Below are positions 60,536 through 64,000 of a stretch of 64,000 bases of DNA, piece after piece. The position numbers and the translations under genes are program-made. Positions within the stretch are counted from its first letter, which is position 1, and each line of letters starts with the position of its first letter. Origin of the DNA: Lophium mytilinum (Eukaryota); contig MU004186.1 in assembly GCA_010093605.1 (NCBI GenBank), forward strand, positions 1,096,616-1,160,615, given 5' to 3'. The notes under the pieces are model-generated. The model saw only the letters and a program-made list of their open reading frames with translations. It had not been told where the DNA came from and made no database searches.

Positions 60536-63500
60536 ATGCAACGAAGACTCCCGTTGCGGGATTACGGCGATCCTCAGCCGCTGGTTCTCAATCCTACATC
60601 CATCTACCGCCGACAGGACGGTACGGAGCCGCAGGAGACCTGGCACGAGCACCAGATGAAGAACAACGCCTTCTACAAGGCGGATTGGGAGGCGAAGGTA
60701 GCCGCTGGCCTGAACCCTCCGCTTCCGGACCCGAACACCCCGATATTGCAAGCCCCAGATGAGCACCTGTTCCCGTCAATGGAAGAGGTTCGAGCTTTAG
60801 GTCGGCAGCTTTACCCTGAGAATGAGTCTCTCAGCTCTGAGGACGAGGAAGTCGTGCTCTCAAAAGAGCGCAAAGAAGCCATACTTCGGGCACTCGATGG
60901 TCCTCCGCGCATCTACCCGCCGCACGAGTCTCCCAATTCCGAGGACGAGGAGTTCGTTTTGTCAGCAGAACGCAAAGAAGCTATCCTTCGGGATCTTGAT
61001 GGCCCCCGCCTCACCTATCCTACGGAGGAATCTTCCAAGACCGCCTTGTCATCGGCAGAAATCCAAGCTATCCGTCAGCAGCTCGATGGCCCGCTGCTCA
61101 CCTACCCTGCCGCAGGGTACGAGTCTTCCGATGAGCCAGTCTCAGGTGGCAAGCCGGTTTCACGAGGAGAGGAATGCGAGCAAGTCTCGCGTGGAAGGAC
61201 GATGTTAAGAGAAAAGCAGAGCTCTCGTGGGAGGACGATGTCAAGAGGAAAGCAGATCTCTCGTGGAAAGATCTCTGGTGGTAAACAAGTCTCATACGAG
61301 GATGGAACCAAGCCTTCGCAGTCTCGCGAGCCTAGGATGAAGACCCCTTACCCTCGACCTGCGACACCTATGTTCGACTCGAAAAATCATGTGTCTGCGT
61401 CGACGATTACAACTCGAGCTCGGGAAGTGAGGGAGGAACCTTACTTCGAGCCTACCGCGCGGGCAGCAATCGAGGCGAAGCATGAGGCACATCTCAACAA
61501 CTTGCTCAATCGAGAGCCTGACCCCGAAGAACATAACCTGTACGCGGCGACCATAATTCGACAAGACCTACGAGATGTCCAATATCATCAGACTCCAACA
61601 GCGGTAGACGAGACGACGACCAAGCAACCAATGTCCTTAAAGAGTCCGAGGAAGCTCCTAGGCTTCCTCAGAGGTAGCTTCAGACCAAGCACGACCGAAG
61701 TACTACCCACCAACACTCCGCTAAAAGCATCGAGGCTTCTTGCGTCCCCTCCCGCCAAAGAGAGACTTCGTGGTAAGAAGGTAGAGCGATCAGCAACGTC
61801 AGTGTCGTTCTCCAAGAAAGACATAACGTCTGCTTTCGCGAGCATTACCTCCAGGTTCCACACGCGGACTGCATCGAAAGACGAGCCTCGGATGCAGACA
61901 TCAGGCAGTGGACTCGCACCAAATCCTCGCCCTCATACCAGTCATATGGCATATACATCTCCCTCGCGTGGTCGTATCTCCCGCACCTCAGTCGGCATTA
62001 CTGGCAAGGCTGGTCGACTAGCTATGGAGGCCCGTCTGGCAAACAAGCCGCTCCCGGCATACCCCCCATCAGAGGATAGTAGCACGGATTACTCCGTTCT
62101 CCCAGATCGCTACAGAACACTGGCTCCCATCCCGGACCTCCCTCGACCTATCACCCGGGGCAGATCCCTCGGGTCTCAGGGTACAGTTGCGCCAAAGTAT
62201 CTGCCCCCGAAGGCTGCAGAATATCGTGGTGTCGTGAATGCCGGAATGAGGGTTGCCTCACAATATGCCAATGTTGAGGAGGGCAGCAGCCAGACGACTC
62301 CTAGAGCCGCTGGAAGCCACCTGCCAACAACCTTCTACTCGCCCTCAAACTTCACTCTCGACACCGTTGATCGGGCCTCCGGTTTCAGTCCGTCGCGCAA
62401 CGTAAGTCTCCCTTTCCTTCTGAAAGCGCCAAGAACGGCGACGTCATTGTTTTTGACATTCACTTCTTGTTGTCTTTCGCTTCGCCGAAGTTTCTCCGCT
62501 AACATCTGCTGCTCCAGGCCGACCCTGCCCGTTACATCGTCGCCTCCCCACCTCGTCCATCCCGCCAGGAGATTGCGCAGCCGCAGCCTCTCTCAGCGCG
62601 CACCCGTAGGGTTAATCGGGGAACGATTCATATGATCTTTCAGGGTGACGCCCACGACATCAGTCCAGACGCCACTCTTGAGCCGTTCGACCCGACCAGA
62701 CTCACCCAGCCTCACGCCCTCTTCCTGAAGTCTTCCGACCCTGTACACCACACACCTACTCTCAGGCGGCTCGAATACCCGGCACGCCCCGACCTAGCTC
62801 TCGCGAGACCACTCGCGCCTAAGAACAAGATGATTGCCAACCTGCAAGACAACCAAGATCGCAAGGTAGTTCGCCGTAGACCAGGCTCGGCGGACATGAA
62901 AGATCAAGCTCAAGCTAACCGCCGTTCCTTGAAGGACGCGCAGCCCAGCCCGTTCCGCCCGCAGCACCCCAGCGCTCTGCCGATGCCTCTGTACGCCAAC
63001 GGCCGCGGTGCCATGTACAGCTTCGTCTCCTCGGCGTCTCCCACCCACGATGACGCCCGCCCTCCTACTCATGCCGAGAGCGGTGTCGCTGCTTACGACG
63101 GTAACGACTCTCAATCATCCAGCCGCCATGATGCTCCAGCGCCAGGCCACAACGTCGCATTGTTCCAGCCCTTCCTGTCCCCTCCTCCGGAGCACGCATT
63201 CTATGCCTCCCCCATCAGCGACGTATTCTCGCCTACTGCTTCGGTCCCACCGATGCCAGCCGTGCTCTACGACGGCAGCGATGTTCTGACTCACTTCGGC
63301 GTGGTCAACCACCACATGGACGAGTTGCACAAGAAGGTTAAGGAATCGTTCGGGAAACTTAATGATGACCTTGATAAGAGCGGCGATGGCAGAAAGAACG
63401 AGCTCTCCAACAAGTTGGACGCTCTACTCCCCACCACCGTCATCCAGTCTATCAAGGCAACCGAACCCAAGCTGGACAAGGTCATGACGCTGTTGGCGGA

Positions 63501-64000
63501 CAGTGTCGTCGTCTCTCTAGCCAGCATCACCGAGCAGACGACGGGCTCGCAGGACAATAACAAGGTCATTCACCAGAAGTTGGACAAACAGCAGCAGACG
63601 CTTGAGGCCATTCTTGAGCAGTTGAAGCTGATTGCTGTACGATCAAACAACGGCCCTCAGTTTGGCCATCACCCTCGTCGCTCCTACGACAACCAGCGCG
63701 GAGCACCCGATCCCAACGCTTTCCGCATCAATCACCATGGCCAGGAAGGTGGCATCGTAGCTGGTCGCACGGGTCGGCATTTCGCCAGCGAGGCGGGACC
63801 AGCGAGATCGGATTCCAACATCAACCTTGTTCGCCAGCATCCAGAGGCCGTCGATGGCACTTACTATAACCAGTTCCCAACTCCAGGCCAAGTCATTGGT
63901 ACATTTGGTGGCATCACGTACGTTCAGGGCAATCCTCTTCCGCACAACGGTCCTGCGAACTACGAGAACAACGGTTCTACCAACTTCCCTTACGGCTACG
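60536..64000 (+). CDS. Large low-complexity hypothetical protein with internal repeats (runs off the right edge)
   Basis: Long ORF from 60536, intron 62402-~62517 (GTAAGT..GCTAAC..CAG), then an open frame (ADPARYIVASPP...VLTHFGVVNHHMDELHKKV...) to the window end. Confidence 0.75.

Overview
Gene-dense, intron-rich genomic DNA from a filamentous ascomycete with repeat-induced point mutation (RIP). The lineage is inferred from gene content and intron signals, not from a database search. About 23 protein-coding genes can be built. They include SEC31 (5' end), an RRM protein of the cyclophilin-E type, an NDUFA4/MLRQ-like gene head-to-head with COX12, CENP-Q, AcuM, SPO22/ZIP4, an HSPA12-type Hsp70 head-to-head with a coiled-coil protein whose C-terminus looks GrpE-like, and RPS8. 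Further right are a frameshifted GPI-type wall protein, an old yellow enzyme, an SREBP-type bHLH factor, a bromodomain protein, two SDRs, a metallophosphoesterase, a small secreted Cys-rich protein, a Zn2Cys6 protein, CDC42 and a large repeat-containing protein. A 7.46-kb RIP-inactivated non-LTR retrotransposon with L1/Tx1-type motifs and a 20-bp target-site duplication occupies 22116-29577. The most interesting candidates are (i) the divergent Hsp70 / GrpE-like gene pair, (ii) a non-coding tandem array of 130/140-bp units whose length changes by one helical turn, and (iii) the L1/Tx1-type element with structured ends and a structured target site. Splice models were read by eye.
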